Positions 1-9,056 of a DNA stretch of 49,938 nt are shown here, piece by piece (the first letter of the stretch is position 1; every line of letters starts with the position of its first letter). The notes beneath the pieces are model-generated. The model was not told the origin of the DNA, ran no database searches, and saw only the letters and a program-made list of their open reading frames with translations. The stretch comes from a virus. Lineage: Duplodnaviria; Caudoviricetes. The DNA lies in the IMG/VR virus record IMGVR_UViG_3300047301_000123, positions 1 through 49,938 of that record; one strand, given 5' to 3'. A program made the translations under genes and the position numbers.

Positions 1-2
1 CT

Positions 3-797
3 TCCGTTGAAATGATCATTTACCAACCGCGTATCGACAACTTTTCTGAATGGGAATGCTCAGTAGAAGAATTAGGCGTTTTTGCGGATAAGGCCAAAGC
101 CGCTGTCGATAGGAGCGAAGAAGCGCTGGGGGTCTTTGAGAGCGGGGACTACGACGTATATGTATGGGAAGAAACATACTTACGCCCGAGTGAAGAAGGC
201 TGTATGTGGTGTAAAGCCAAAGGTGTGTGCAACGCATACGCTAAAGACTCGATTACCACAATGGTGGCCGGTGCTGCAACGGGGGATGGTTTGGTCGATC
301 TGGATGACCACGATCTAGTATCCCACACCGTGGAGCAGGCTACTCGTAATTTACCGCGCATGACGTTTACCGAATTGGTAGCGTGTTATGCTGCCATCGG
401 TCAGATTCAAGAGTGGGTAAAGGGTGTGGAAGCACAGATGCTTACCGAAATGCTCAAGGGTAACAGGCACCCAAAGTTCAAGCTCATTAAAGGTCGAGCT
501 GGGAACCGGGCATGGATGGACGATGCGGAGGCTGCTATGAAGACTATGCGCTTCAAAGAGGCCGAAATGTACGACCGAAAGCTGGTCAGTGTAACGACAG
601 CGGAAAAAACCATCGCTAAAGCGCATCCAAGGCAGTGGAAAAAGCTTGAAGCCCTTATTTGTAGGAGCGAGGGGAAAGTATGCGTAGTGCCGACGGAACA
701 TAAAAGCCCGTCGATAAACCCATACGATGATGACTTGGCAATGTTGCCAGAACTGGCTCTGTTCGATCCGGATGATTTTATTGACACTTTATATTAG
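3..797 (+). CDS. DUF2800 family Cas4/PD-(D/E)XK-like exonuclease, 5'-truncated by the window edge
   Basis: IYQPR motif, CxWCKAKxxC cluster, KLIKGRAGNRAW; sits upstream of DUF2815 SSB and PolA as in APSE-like modules; the frame is open from the window start. Confidence 0.85.
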   Translation, partial: SVEMIIYQPRIDNFSEWECSVEELGVFADKAKAAVDRSEEALGVFESGDYDVYVWEETYLRPSEEGCMWCKAKGVCNAYAKDSITTMVAGAATGDGLVDLDDHDLVSHTVEQATRNLPRMTFTELVACYAAIGQIQEWVKGVEAQMLTEMLKGNRHPKFKLIKGRAGNRAWMDDAEAAMKTMRFKEAEMYDRKLVSVTTAEKTIAKAHPRQWKKLEALICRSEGKVCVVPTEHKSPSINPYDDDLAMLPELALFDPDDFIDTLY

Positions 798-809
798 GAA
801 AAATTAACC

Positions 810-1382
810 ATGGCTAAAATTATAATTCGTGATGCGCGTTTGGCTTTCCCAGATTTGTTTGTACCGGTGCAGTTCCAAAACGCAGGCCCGTTCAGTTACC
901 GAGCTACCTTTCTTATCGATACTGAAAATCCTGCAAAAAAAGAAATCGATGCTGCCCTTAAAGACGTAGCTAAAGAAAAGTGGGGGGCTAAAGCGGCCGC
1001 TATCCTGCCGACTATCCTGCCTATGTCCAACAAATGCTGTTTCGCAGATGGAAACACCAAGGCATATAACGGCTACGAAGGCAACTGGGCGCTGACTGCA
1101 ACTCGCGGCCAGGATTCCGGAAGACCGGTTACGGTTGGTCGCGGCGGGGCGAAAGACCCTATTACTGCCGAAGACGCTAAATTCTTCGCAGGCTGCTATG
1201 TAAACGCAGTCGTTGAGTTGTGGGCACAGGACAACAGCTTCGGTAAAGGTTTACGTGCAACGCTTAATAGCGTCCAGTTTGTCAGAGTCGGCGAATCCTT
1301 CGGCGGAGCTGCCCCAGCTACAGCGGCGGGCATAGACGATTTGGGTTACGACGAAGACGAAGACGAAGACGATATGTATTAA
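810..1382 (+). CDS. DUF2815 family single-stranded DNA-binding protein
   Basis: RLAFPDLF, FFAGCYVNA, NSFGKGLRATLNSVQF motifs; acidic C-terminal tail; AGGA RBS. Confidence 0.88.
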   Translation: MAKIIIRDARLAFPDLFVPVQFQNAGPFSYRATFLIDTENPAKKEIDAALKDVAKEKWGAKAAAILPTILPMSNKCCFADGNTKAYNGYEGNWALTATRGQDSGRPVTVGRGGAKDPITAEDAKFFAGCYVNAVVELWAQDNSFGKGLRATLNSVQFVRVGESFGGAAPATAAGIDDLGYDEDEDEDDMY

Positions 1383-1390
1383 GCTTTCGG

Positions 1391-1413
1391 ACCCCGCTTC
1401 GGCGGGGTTTTTT
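1391..1413 (+). terminator. Rho-independent terminator
   Basis: ACCCCGC-TTCG-GCGGGGT hairpin followed by a T run. Confidence 0.9.
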
Positions 1414-1428
1414 CAAAAACCAGGAACT

Positions 1429-1448
1429 GTATGAGCGACTCGTTATAC
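1429..1448 (-). mobile_element. attC-like half site (one L box, 5-nt spacer, R box)
   Basis: GTATGAGC-gactc-GTTATAC has the same spacing as GCTTGAAC-gcata-GTTATAC at 1779-1798; the partner arm is missing. Confidence 0.55.
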
Positions 1449-1461
1449 GGGGAGATTAAAA

Positions 1462-1707
1462 ATGACTGAACAAAACAAAGCAACCGACGCAGAATTCCTT
1501 TTACAGCCCCATGGCGGCTTGAACCAAGGGTTATACATGAAAACTAAAACAGGTACAGAACACAAAAGCTCTTCCGTAAGTGAAATGGCCGCAACATTAA
1601 AACATGCCGACCCTGACAGCACAGTAACCAACGAAAACGGTAAGCCTGTCTCTGCATATCTTGACGCTCTTAATAGAAGAATTACAATAGTTGAAGATGA
1701 TGTATAA
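1462..1707 (+). CDS. Hypothetical protein in cassette-like unit 1
   Basis: GGGAG RBS; the TAA stop lies inside the GTATAAC box of the attC-like site. Confidence 0.65.
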   Translation: MTEQNKATDAEFLLQPHGGLNQGLYMKTKTGTEHKSSSVSEMAATLKHADPDSTVTNENGKPVSAYLDALNRRITIVEDDV

Positions 1708-1798
1708 CGCCGTGTTAAGCGGAAAGCCGCCACACACGGAACTTTAATAAACTGAAATGCTCGGTGGGCGGCTTTTCCGCTTGAACGCATAGTTATAC
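1702..1798 (-). mobile_element. Complete integron attC-like recombination site (97 bp)
   Basis: Minus strand reads GTATAAC-tatgc-GTTCAAGC...GCTTAAC-acggc-GTTATAC: R''-5 nt-L'' (8 nt)...L' (7 nt)-5 nt-R' (GTTRRRY-like); long imperfect palindrome with unpaired G and T on the + strand. Confidence 0.8.
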
Positions 1799-1809
1799 TA
1801 AGGAACACA

Positions 1810-1998
1810 ATGAATTTATTTAAAGCCAAAGACGGAAGTTTAATTAACCCAAGCAATGTGAATTTAGTTCGTCGTTACAAAGAGGAGGGGTCTTGGGTAG
1901 TTAAATTTGACTTCGTATTCTCAGCCAGGGAAATTATTTTTAATTCCGAAAAGGATGCAAATGCAGAAATGGAAAGATTCGAGGCGCACTGTGCATAA
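1810..1998 (+). CDS. Hypothetical protein in cassette-like unit 2
   Basis: AAGGA RBS right after GTTATAC; the TAA stop lies inside a GCATAAC box. Confidence 0.7.
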   Translation: MNLFKAKDGSLINPSNVNLVRRYKEEGSWVVKFDFVFSAREIIFNSEKDANAEMERFEAHCA

Positions 1999-2040
1999 CG
2001 CAAAGTAGACGCCTGAAACGGTGCCTATCTTAACAACCAC

Positions 2041-2060
2041 CCCCGTTTAGGCGGGGTTTT
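2041..2060 (+). terminator. Rho-independent terminator
   Basis: CCCCGT-TTAG-GCGGGG hairpin plus TTTT. Confidence 0.75.
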
Positions 2061-2087
2061 CTAAAATATAAAGCCAGGAACGCACCG

Positions 2088-2258
2088 ATGATTAAATACG
2101 TAAAGTTTTGTGTAGCTGCTTTAGTCGCAGCAATGTTATCTGCGGCTATACCCCCCATGGTTTCAGCGCCTTCAGATGTATGGGCGATGTGTGGTTTTGC
2201 TTTACTTTCGACCACCCCCGCGATTTCATATTACTTAGCGAGATGGATACTAAAATGA
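2088..2258 (+). CDS. Small membrane protein (56 aa, two hydrophobic segments), not in the ORF track
   Basis: Translated by hand: MIKYVKFCVAALVAAMLSAAIPPMVSAPSDVWAMCGFALLSTTPAISYYLARWILK; AGGA RBS; ATGA overlap with the SPFH gene. Confidence 0.7.
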   Translation: MIKYVKFCVAALVAAMLSAAIPPMVSAPSDVWAMCGFALLSTTPAISYYLARWILK

Positions 2259-3097
2259 AAAAAATATTTTTGTTGCTTTTGTTATTAACGGGCTGCGGCA
2301 CCTACGTCGAACCAGGTTACGTAGGGGTTAAAGTATCGCTCATTGGAGGCGATAAAGGTGTCGATACCCTGGAAGTCGGGCCAGGTAGATACTGGATTGG
2401 ATGGAATGAAAATCTTTATACCTTCCCGACCTTTTCCCAAAGCATGGTTTGGGCCAAGGATAAAGCGGAAGGTTCGCTAAACGACGATTCAATGACCTTT
2501 CAGACCAAAGAAGGCATAGAGGTAAATACCGACATCGGTGTTACTTACGCCATCGACCCGAAAAAAGTCAGTATTATTTTTCAGAAATACCGTAAAGGGA
2601 TAGAGGAGATAACCTCTGTATACCTACGCAGTATGGTTCGGGATGCAATGATCACCGAAGGCTCTTCCAGAAACATGGAAACAGTTTATGGAGCAGGAAA
2701 AGCTGATTTTATAGCGGCAGTTCAAGCTAGAGTCATAGCCCAGACCGAAGAAATAGGCATTGTCGTCGAAAAGATTTACCTGGTTGGAGGGTTAAGACTC
2801 CCACCGGTTGTTACTGACGCGATAAACGCTAAAATAGGCGCAACGCAAAAGACCATTCAGCGAGAAAACGAGGTAGCGCAATCTAAAGCCGAGGCCGATA
2901 AAGCCGTGGCCGAGGCTAAAGGTAGAGCCGATTCTATGTTATTGGAAGCCGAGGCCGAAGCTAAAGCTATTGAGATAAAAGGTGAAGCGCTAAGCAAGAA
3001 CCCAAGACTGGTGGATTTAAGTGCCGTCGAAAAATGGGATGGTAAATTGCCGCAATACATGCTCGGAAACGGTACGCCGTTTATTGATCTTAAGTGA
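2255..3097 (+). CDS. SPFH/band 7 (prohibitin-like) lipoprotein
   Basis: Lipobox MKKIFLLLLLLTGC, VEPGYVGVKV, EAE-rich coiled coil, KWDGKLP; start reassigned to ATG 2255. Confidence 0.9.
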   Translation: MKKIFLLLLLLTGCGTYVEPGYVGVKVSLIGGDKGVDTLEVGPGRYWIGWNENLYTFPTFSQSMVWAKDKAEGSLNDDSMTFQTKEGIEVNTDIGVTYAIDPKKVSIIFQKYRKGIEEITSVYLRSMVRDAMITEGSSRNMETVYGAGKADFIAAVQARVIAQTEEIGIVVEKIYLVGGLRLPPVVTDAINAKIGATQKTIQRENEVAQSKAEADKAVAEAKGRADSMLLEAEAEAKAIEIKGEALSKNPRLVDLSAVEKWDGKLPQYMLGNGTPFIDLK

Positions 3098-3104
3098 TCA
3101 AACT

Positions 3105-3126
3105 CCCCGCTTCGGCGGGGTTTTTT
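3105..3126 (+). terminator. Rho-independent terminator
   Basis: CCCCGC-TTCG-GCGGGG plus T6; same hairpin as at 1392. Confidence 0.9.
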
Positions 3127-3145
3127 ACTTTCTGGGAGACAGAAA

Positions 3146-3358
3146 ATGCTTATTAAAAAAGAATTACACAGAACGACTTCTGCTATCAGGCCCATTATGA
3201 ACGGGGTGTTGGTAGAGCGCAAAGAAGGAACTATGTACAAAAATAAAGTCTGGGATGCAGTTTACGAAGAGCTAAGTAATTTGATAGAAGTCATGGACGC
3301 AGCAAAAACCAGCAGTAAACCGTTCCGGCTAACAATAATCATAGAGGAAGCGGAGTGA
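3146..3358 (+). CDS. Hypothetical protein
   Basis: GGGAG RBS; GTGA overlap with the polymerase gene. Confidence 0.65.
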   Translation: MLIKKELHRTTSAIRPIMNGVLVERKEGTMYKNKVWDAVYEELSNLIEVMDAAKTSSKPFRLTIIIEEAE

Positions 3359-5493
3359 AAAACCTCTACTTCGACACCGAAACATTCTCCGAGTGCGATC
3401 TGAAAACTGCGGGCACCCACGTTTATTCCAGGCATCCTTCAACGGACATTCAGCTCTTTTCTTATGGCCTGGAAGAAGGCGAGGTAAAGGTCTGGGACAG
3501 AACCAAAAACAAAAAGATGCCCAAAGACTTAGCCCTGTATTTTGAAAACCCAGAGATACTGTTTTGGGCGCACAATGTTTGGTTTGATAGAAATTTAATC
3601 GAAGGTGTACTGGGTAGTTATCTACCGTTAAACCGATACCGCTGTTCGATGGCAAAAGCTTTAGCGCATGGACTCCCTGCCGGTTTAGGCGATTTAGGTG
3701 CAGCCCTGGGTATCAGGGAGGATTTTCAGAAGGTCAAAGATGGGCGCCGGTTAGTGCTTAAATTTTGTAAAAAAGATAAGAACGGCAACATTAACGACCC
3801 CGCTGATCACCCAGAAGATTGGGCAAAGTACGTAGAATACTGCCGTATCGACACGATTTCTATGCGGGAAATAATCAAGAAGACCCCGAATTGGAATTAC
3901 CCGAGACAACAAGTAGAGCTCGATTACTGGTTGATGGATCAGGAAATAAACTCCAGAGGCATGCCCATTGATCTGGAGCTGGCTAATGCCGCTATGGAAG
4001 CGATAGCCATAGCCCAGACAGACCTCGCAGCTAAGACCAAGAAGATGACCAATGGCGAGGTTAATACCGCCGGTCAGCGCGATGAAATGATCAAACACAT
4101 CGCTAAAATATATGGTTATTACCTGCCAAACATGCAGAAAGGCACGATAGGTCGCATGGTCGATGACCCGCAAACTCCAGAACCGTTACGAGAGCTATTG
4201 GAAGTGCGTTTAAGCACGGCCACAACCGCCACGGCGAAATATAAACCTTTGGCCGCTATGACCAGTTTGGACGGGAGATTACGTGGTACCATACAATATG
4301 CCGGTGCGTCAAGAACTTTAAGAGATTCAGGACGTGGAGGATACCAATGTCAAAATCTCGCACGTCCTACCATGGAACACGACGATATTCTAGGCGGCAT
4401 AGACTCACTGAAGAACGGTACGGCAGCGATGGTAGGCTTCGACATTATGAAGCTATCATCGAGCGCTTTACGCTATGCGATCTGTGCCCCCGAAGGTAAA
4501 AAGTTCGTCATTTCAGACCTATCAAACATCGAAGGCCGCGCCCTGGCATACCTGGCAGGAGAAACCTGGAAGGTAAAAGCCTTCGCTGACTTCGACGCCG
4601 GTATCGGCCACGACCTATATAAAGTGGCCTATGCAAAAGCTTTCGGCGTTGATCCTGCAGACGTCACGAAGGAACAGCGGAACGCCGTTGGGAAAGTCTT
4701 AGAATTATCAATGGGTTACGCGGGAGGCGTAGGTGCGCTGTTAGTGTTCCTCAATTCTTTCGGGGTCGATCTGGAAGAGTTAGCGGAAACGGTAACCCCC
4801 TTAGTACCTCCGAAAATCCTTGCCGAAGCAGACAGCTTTTACGAGTGGATGGTCGGCATGGAAGTAACCGAAGCGAAGAAAAAAGCACTCGACCAAATGG
4901 TCGATTGGGAAACTATTTATGAAGCAAAACGTACCCACAAACTGCCTAAGCACGTACACATGGCGCTGGAAAGCCTAAAACGCCTTTGGCGCAAAGAACA
5001 CCCTGAAACAGTAGGTTTCTGGGCGGATGCCGAAGCCGCTGTTAGGAGTGCAATTTTCAGTCCAAAAGAGGACTTTTCTTTTGGTAACGGGTGTTCGGCT
5101 CGTAAAACAGGTAACTGGGTTCGCATTACGCTACCCAGCGGCCACGTACTGCCCTATCCAGGCATGAAAGTTAATAAGGACGGTAAGCTTTCCTTCTTAG
5201 GAATCAATCAGTTCACAAAGAAGTGGGGACAGATACAAACGACGGGAGGGAAGTTGGTGGAAAATGCCACCCAAGCTTTCAGCCGCGACATCTTTAAACA
5301 CGGGCAACTACTCGCTATGCAGGAAGGTTACAAGGTTGTTATGCCGCTTCATGATGAGCTAGTTTGTGAAGTACCCGACACGGAAGACTATACCCATCAA
5401 CGACTTGAAGAGCTAATGGCTACGGTACCAAGTTGGGCACCGGGTTTCCCCCTTGCCGCAGCGGGGTTCACGGCCTACAGGTACAGGAAGTAG
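3355..5493 (+). CDS. Family A DNA polymerase (APSE/Bcep-type) with 3'-5' exonuclease
   Basis: Exo I DTET, AHNVWFDR, motif A SDLSNIEGR, motif B KVLELSMGY, motif C LHDELV, ENATQA. Confidence 0.95.
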   Translation: MKNLYFDTETFSECDLKTAGTHVYSRHPSTDIQLFSYGLEEGEVKVWDRTKNKKMPKDLALYFENPEILFWAHNVWFDRNLIEGVLGSYLPLNRYRCSMAKALAHGLPAGLGDLGAALGIREDFQKVKDGRRLVLKFCKKDKNGNINDPADHPEDWAKYVEYCRIDTISMREIIKKTPNWNYPRQQVELDYWLMDQEINSRGMPIDLELANAAMEAIAIAQTDLAAKTKKMTNGEVNTAGQRDEMIKHIAKIYGYYLPNMQKGTIGRMVDDPQTPEPLRELLEVRLSTATTATAKYKPLAAMTSLDGRLRGTIQYAGASRTLRDSGRGGYQCQNLARPTMEHDDILGGIDSLKNGTAAMVGFDIMKLSSSALRYAICAPEGKKFVISDLSNIEGRALAYLAGETWKVKAFADFDAGIGHDLYKVAYAKAFGVDPADVTKEQRNAVGKVLELSMGYAGGVGALLVFLNSFGVDLEELAETVTPLVPPKILAEADSFYEWMVGMEVTEAKKKALDQMVDWETIYEAKRTHKLPKHVHMALESLKRLWRKEHPETVGFWADAEAAVRSAIFSPKEDFSFGNGCSARKTGNWVRITLPSGHVLPYPGMKVNKDGKLSFLGINQFTKKWGQIQTTGGKLVENATQAFSRDIFKHGQLLAMQEGYKVVMPLHDELVCEVPDTEDYTHQRLEELMATVPSWAPGFPLAAAGFTAYRYRK

Positions 5494-5494
5494 A

Positions 5495-6034
5495 ATGTCA
5501 AAACCAATAGCTATGCCGACGCAAGAGTACCTAAAGATTTGTTTTGAGTATGATAAGGGGGCAGGATGTTTAAAATGGAAGGGTAGACCGGTTTCGCATT
5601 TTAGCAACATAAAAGCGGCACATAGGCTAAACAGCAGAGACACAGGTAAAACAATAAACGGGATAGCGGTAAATGGCTATCTAAGGGTTAGGTTAGATGG
5701 CAAACTGTATTACGTACACAGAATAATATAGAAATTAGTGACGGGATCAGACCCCGTTAGTCTAATAGACCACATAGACGGTGTTAGGATTAACAACGCC
5801 TGGGACAATCTTAGGCAAGCCGCCAACGAAGAAAACGGGAGAAACAGGGGTGCATCAAGAAATAATACTTCAGGGTACAAAGGGGTTAGCTTTGACAAAA
5901 GGGCAGGTAGGTACGAAGCATACGTAAACATAGGGGGCCGAAAAAATAGCTTAGGTCTGTTTGAAACTGCGGAATTGGCTAACACCTCCAGACAAAAAGA
6001 GATACTTCTGTTGGGGCTACCTTTTATGCGATAG
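5495..6034 (+). pseudogene. HNH/AP2-type homing endonuclease interrupted by an in-frame TAG (5729-5731)
   Basis: The two track ORFs share one frame: YYVHRII*KLVTGSDP...IDHIDGVRINNAWDNLR...NTSGYKGV; the stop sits where Trp is conserved. Confidence 0.85.
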
Positions 6035-6050
6035 TACCATAAATAAAGGC

Positions 6051-6080
6051 TTGACAGTACATGAGTCAGATGACTATACT
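6051..6080 (+). promoter_or_regulatory. Sigma70-type promoter
   Basis: TTGACA-18 nt-TATACT upstream of GAGGAGG RBS and ATG 6108. Confidence 0.75.
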
Positions 6081-6107
6081 ACGCACAACTACTTAAGAGG
6101 AGGGTTT

Positions 6108-6449
6108 ATGAAAAGATACACAAAGGTTCTGGGTTGGCTAGAAGAGTGCAACACCGGTGATGTAATAAAAGCAGAAGATTTTCTGGAATACGAAAAGACA
6201 GTAGAAGCTACCTATTCTCGCTTCGGCGATGATCTGGTAGATCAGATAGAACTCGCTAGAAACCTGGAAGAAACCATCGCTTCGTTACGCGCAGATATGG
6301 ATCGTATTCGGCAAAATAGAAATGAATTCTCAAGCAGATGTGCAAGTTTACGCGATAGACTAAATTCTTCTCACCAGGCTAATCGGGTTTATCTTAAGGG
6401 GTTTCTAGTCGTTTCAGCTATCGCCATAGTCGCTCTGGCAGCTATCTAA
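6108..6449 (+). CDS. Hypothetical coiled-coil protein with C-terminal TM helix
   Basis: Strong RBS before ATG 6108; heptad region followed by GFLVVSAIAIVALAAI. Confidence 0.7.
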   Translation: MKRYTKVLGWLEECNTGDVIKAEDFLEYEKTVEATYSRFGDDLVDQIELARNLEETIASLRADMDRIRQNRNEFSSRCASLRDRLNSSHQANRVYLKGFLVVSAIAIVALAAI

Positions 6450-6673
6450 TGCCTGCCGTACTAAACCAGTCCGGTAACTGCTGCCTTTATGTTAAAGGGC
6501 CGAAGGATAACTCCCGGCACTACGTTTCAGAAAAGGCCCATAGCTTCCGCCGCAAAGAGATAACTAGCGACGAGGCATCAATCTTAGCTTCACTAAACGG
6601 CTTCTACTTTGAGACAGATGTTCTGGCTATCTTGGAAGACAAAACCGAAAATTATATGGAGACATCGTTATGA
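6449..6673 (+). CDS. Hypothetical protein
   Basis: Overlapping start and stop with both neighbours. Confidence 0.6.
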   Translation: MPAVLNQSGNCCLYVKGPKDNSRHYVSEKAHSFRRKEITSDEASILASLNGFYFETDVLAILEDKTENYMETSL

Positions 6674-7530
6674 AACAATACCTAAACCTGCTGCAAGCTA
6701 TACGTGAAACTGGAGCCGAAAAAGGTGATCGCACCGGCACCGGAACCCTTTCAATATTTGGGCACCAGATGCGTTTCGATCTTCGGGAAGGTTTCCCGAT
6801 ACTGACCACAAAAAAGATGTTCTTAAAAGGCGTAATAACCGAACTTTTGTGGTTTATAAAAGGCGACACCAACACAAAGTTTTTGGAAGAAAACGGCGTC
6901 CATTTTTGGAAAGAGTGGGCAGACGATTATGGTGATCTGGGGCCTATTTACGGAAAGCAGTTACGACACCCATATTTTGTTCCTGACATGATAGCCGGGG
7001 AGTCGGTACTTCGACGTACCGATCAACTTAGTGAAGTCATCCGAGGCATTAAAACTAACCCAAACAGCCGCCGACATGTTGTCACTATGTGGCGCCCAGA
7101 GGATTTACCCTCCGAAAACCTATCTCCACAGCAAAATGTTGCCGCAGGGAAAATGGCTTTAGCTACTTGTCACGGCACGGTAATTCAGTTCTATGTATCC
7201 AATAGGGAGCTGTCTTGCTCAACGTACCAACGTAGCGCAGATGCTTTTCTGGGGTTGCCCGTAAACATAGCCTCTTACGCCTTATTAACGCACATGATAG
7301 CCCAACAATGCGGGTTGAATGTAGGGGAGCTTATCTACACGACCGGTGACACTCACCTTTATCTAAACCATTTGGAGCAGGTACAAGAGCAACTAACCCG
7401 ATCCCCGAAAGATTTACCGCCCCTGGTTCTTAACCGTAAACCAGAGTCAATTTTTGACTATAAAATAGAAGACTTCGGGCTTATTGGTTATGCTCCGTTG
7501 GCAGCTATAAAAGCAGAGGTTTCGGTATGA
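6670..7530 (+). CDS. thyA: Thymidylate synthase
   Basis: [23 protein letters not shown], catalytic [22 protein letters not shown]. Confidence 0.97.
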   Translation: MKQYLNLLQAIRETGAEKGDRTGTGTLSIFGHQMRFDLREGFPILTTKKMFLKGVITELLWFIKGDTNTKFLEENGVHFWKEWADDYGDLGPIYGKQLRHPYFVPDMIAGESVLRRTDQLSEVIRGIKTNPNSRRHVVTMWRPEDLPSENLSPQQNVAAGKMALATCHGTVIQFYVSNRELSCSTYQRSADAFLGLPVNIASYALLTHMIAQQCGLNVGELIYTTGDTHLYLNHLEQVQEQLTRSPKDLPPLVLNRKPESIFDYKIEDFGLIGYAPLAAIKAEVSV

Positions 7531-7727
7531 TAGTCCCAAGAATCGGCAGCGTTTGGAAGCACCGAACTACAGGAAATGTCTACGAGGTGTACGACCACAC
7601 TAATACTGAATCTACCCGCCCTGAAGAGTACCCACTACGCATCTCATACAAACGTCTGGGGGACGGAACTACCTGGTCAAGAAGTGCATCTTTATGGCAT
7701 GCCTCTTACATAGAGCTTCCCGAGTGA
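7527..7727 (+). CDS. DUF1653-like small protein
   Basis: [12 protein letters not shown]...ISYK...WSR pattern. Confidence 0.6.
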   Translation: MIVPRIGSVWKHRTTGNVYEVYDHTNTESTRPEEYPLRISYKRLGDGTTWSRSASLWHASYIELPE

Positions 7728-8260
7728 AAATAAACGTAATAATGGCCTGTGACCTGAATGGGGTCATAGGCATAAACGGTAAGTTACCCTGGAACATTCC
7801 TGAAGACCTTAAGCGCTTCAAAGAGCTTACCATGAACCATGCCGTAATAATGGGGCGTAAAACCTGGGAGTCTTTACCGGTAAAACCACTATCAGGGAGA
7901 GAGAATATTGTTGTGTGCTCTAGTTGTAACTACGGAATTATGTCTGGCGACAATTTCGTTGCCAGAGCTTCCCTCGCTTCTGCGCTCAGTGCGGCGAAAG
8001 CACTAGGGAAAAAAGAAGCCTTCGTGATCGGCGGATCGAGATTATTTGAAGAAGCCATGCTTATCGCTGATACCGTCTACGTAACTGTGGCCAACCATGA
8101 AGTCGATGTACAGCCTGGCGACGAGGCAGTATGTATCAACGAACCCGCATTAAGTAGCTGGAAGATGGTGAACTGCGTCCACCTTATCGACCACACCTTT
8201 TATGTTTTAAACCGCCGTCAGCCGGTCGCTGACACCATCAAAGAGAAATACCATGACTAA
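7724..8260 (+). CDS. folA: Dihydrofolate reductase
   Basis: GVIGINGKLPWNIPEDLKRFK, VIMGRKTWESL, VIGG; GTG start overlaps the upstream TGA. Confidence 0.95.
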   Translation: MKINVIMACDLNGVIGINGKLPWNIPEDLKRFKELTMNHAVIMGRKTWESLPVKPLSGRENIVVCSSCNYGIMSGDNFVARASLASALSAAKALGKKEAFVIGGSRLFEEAMLIADTVYVTVANHEVDVQPGDEAVCINEPALSSWKMVNCVHLIDHTFYVLNRRQPVADTIKEKYHD

Positions 8261-8525
8261 AAGTGAATTAATCGCGGCTATGTCGGCTAAAACTGACCTG
8301 CCAAAAACAAAAATATCGGCCGTTATTGATGCCCTTGTTGCCACAGTAACCGAAAGTCTGATCGTAGGCAATGAAGTTGCCATTAACGGCCTGGGTACCT
8401 TCAAAGTTAAACTACGTGCTGAACGCGAAGGTCGTAATCCCGCTACCGGGGACGCAATAACCATTGCTGCCTGTACAGTAGCAAGTTTCCAGGTATCTGC
8501 GACCTTGAAAAAAGCGGTAAAATAG
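8253..8525 (+). CDS. HU/IHF family DNA-binding protein
   Basis: MTKSELI, GLGTF, RAEREGRNPATG. Confidence 0.95.
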   Translation: MTKSELIAAMSAKTDLPKTKISAVIDALVATVTESLIVGNEVAINGLGTFKVKLRAEREGRNPATGDAITIAACTVASFQVSATLKKAVK

Positions 8526-8589
8526 TTCTAAAATTATTCTGGGTTTCTACGGGAGCCCAGAATTGTTTTGGACAGTGATGCGGCTCTCA

Positions 8590-8614
8590 GCCCCCGGAAA
8601 CGGGGGTCTTTTTT
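8590..8614 (+). terminator. Rho-independent terminator
   Basis: CCCCCG-GAAA-CGGGGG plus T-rich tail; a second hairpin (TTCTGGGTTTC...GAGCCCAGAA) lies just upstream at about 8537-8561. Confidence 0.85.
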
Positions 8615-8626
8615 AAGGTAAACACT

Positions 8627-8839
8627 ATGTATAATCTATCGAAAGAAGAACTGTTTTCTATCATGGGGAAGAAAAAACGCCTTTTAGTAGAGGACTCAAT
8701 AACTTTAGCTGAAGAAGTGGCACGTCTTCAGTCAGCACTTAACCGCACTAAAGCAATCAACCGACAGTTATTGGATGAAATAGATATGCTGGTGCAAAAA
8801 CTGCTGGATATAAACTCGGTCGCCTATTCTGAGGAATAG
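8627..8839 (+). CDS. Hypothetical coiled-coil protein
   Basis: AAGG RBS; ORF track. Confidence 0.6.
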   Translation: MYNLSKEELFSIMGKKKRLLVEDSITLAEEVARLQSALNRTKAINRQLLDEIDMLVQKLLDINSVAYSEE

Positions 8840-8870
8840 GCCCCGCAATCAAAACACCCTGGAGTAAAAA

Positions 8871-9050
8871 ATGAAAGCTCAAAAAATAACAGTGACAATA
8901 ACAGTAGAGTGCCTACACAGCAGCGTTGTACCGAGTTTAGTCGGTATCGCTATGGAAAACTTCGAGAACGAATTTGAGACAGGTACTTTGGCCGCTGAAG
9001 ATGGGGACAAAGTTACCTGGGAAATAGAAAGGAAAGAGATGGTTTTTTAG
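8871..9050 (+). CDS. Hypothetical protein (59 aa), not in the ORF track
   Basis: GGAG RBS; MKAQKITVTITVECLHSS...EMVF. Confidence 0.65.
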   Translation: MKAQKITVTITVECLHSSVVPSLVGIAMENFENEFETGTLAAEDGDKVTWEIERKEMVF

Positions 9051-9056
9051 TACAAA

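Noticed and set aside
5729-5731. Genome-wide TAG recoding
   Set aside because: Conserved genes (DUF2800, polymerase, HU, endolysin) end properly at TAG, long ORFs are uninterrupted in the standard code, and the only tRNA seen is not a suppressor.
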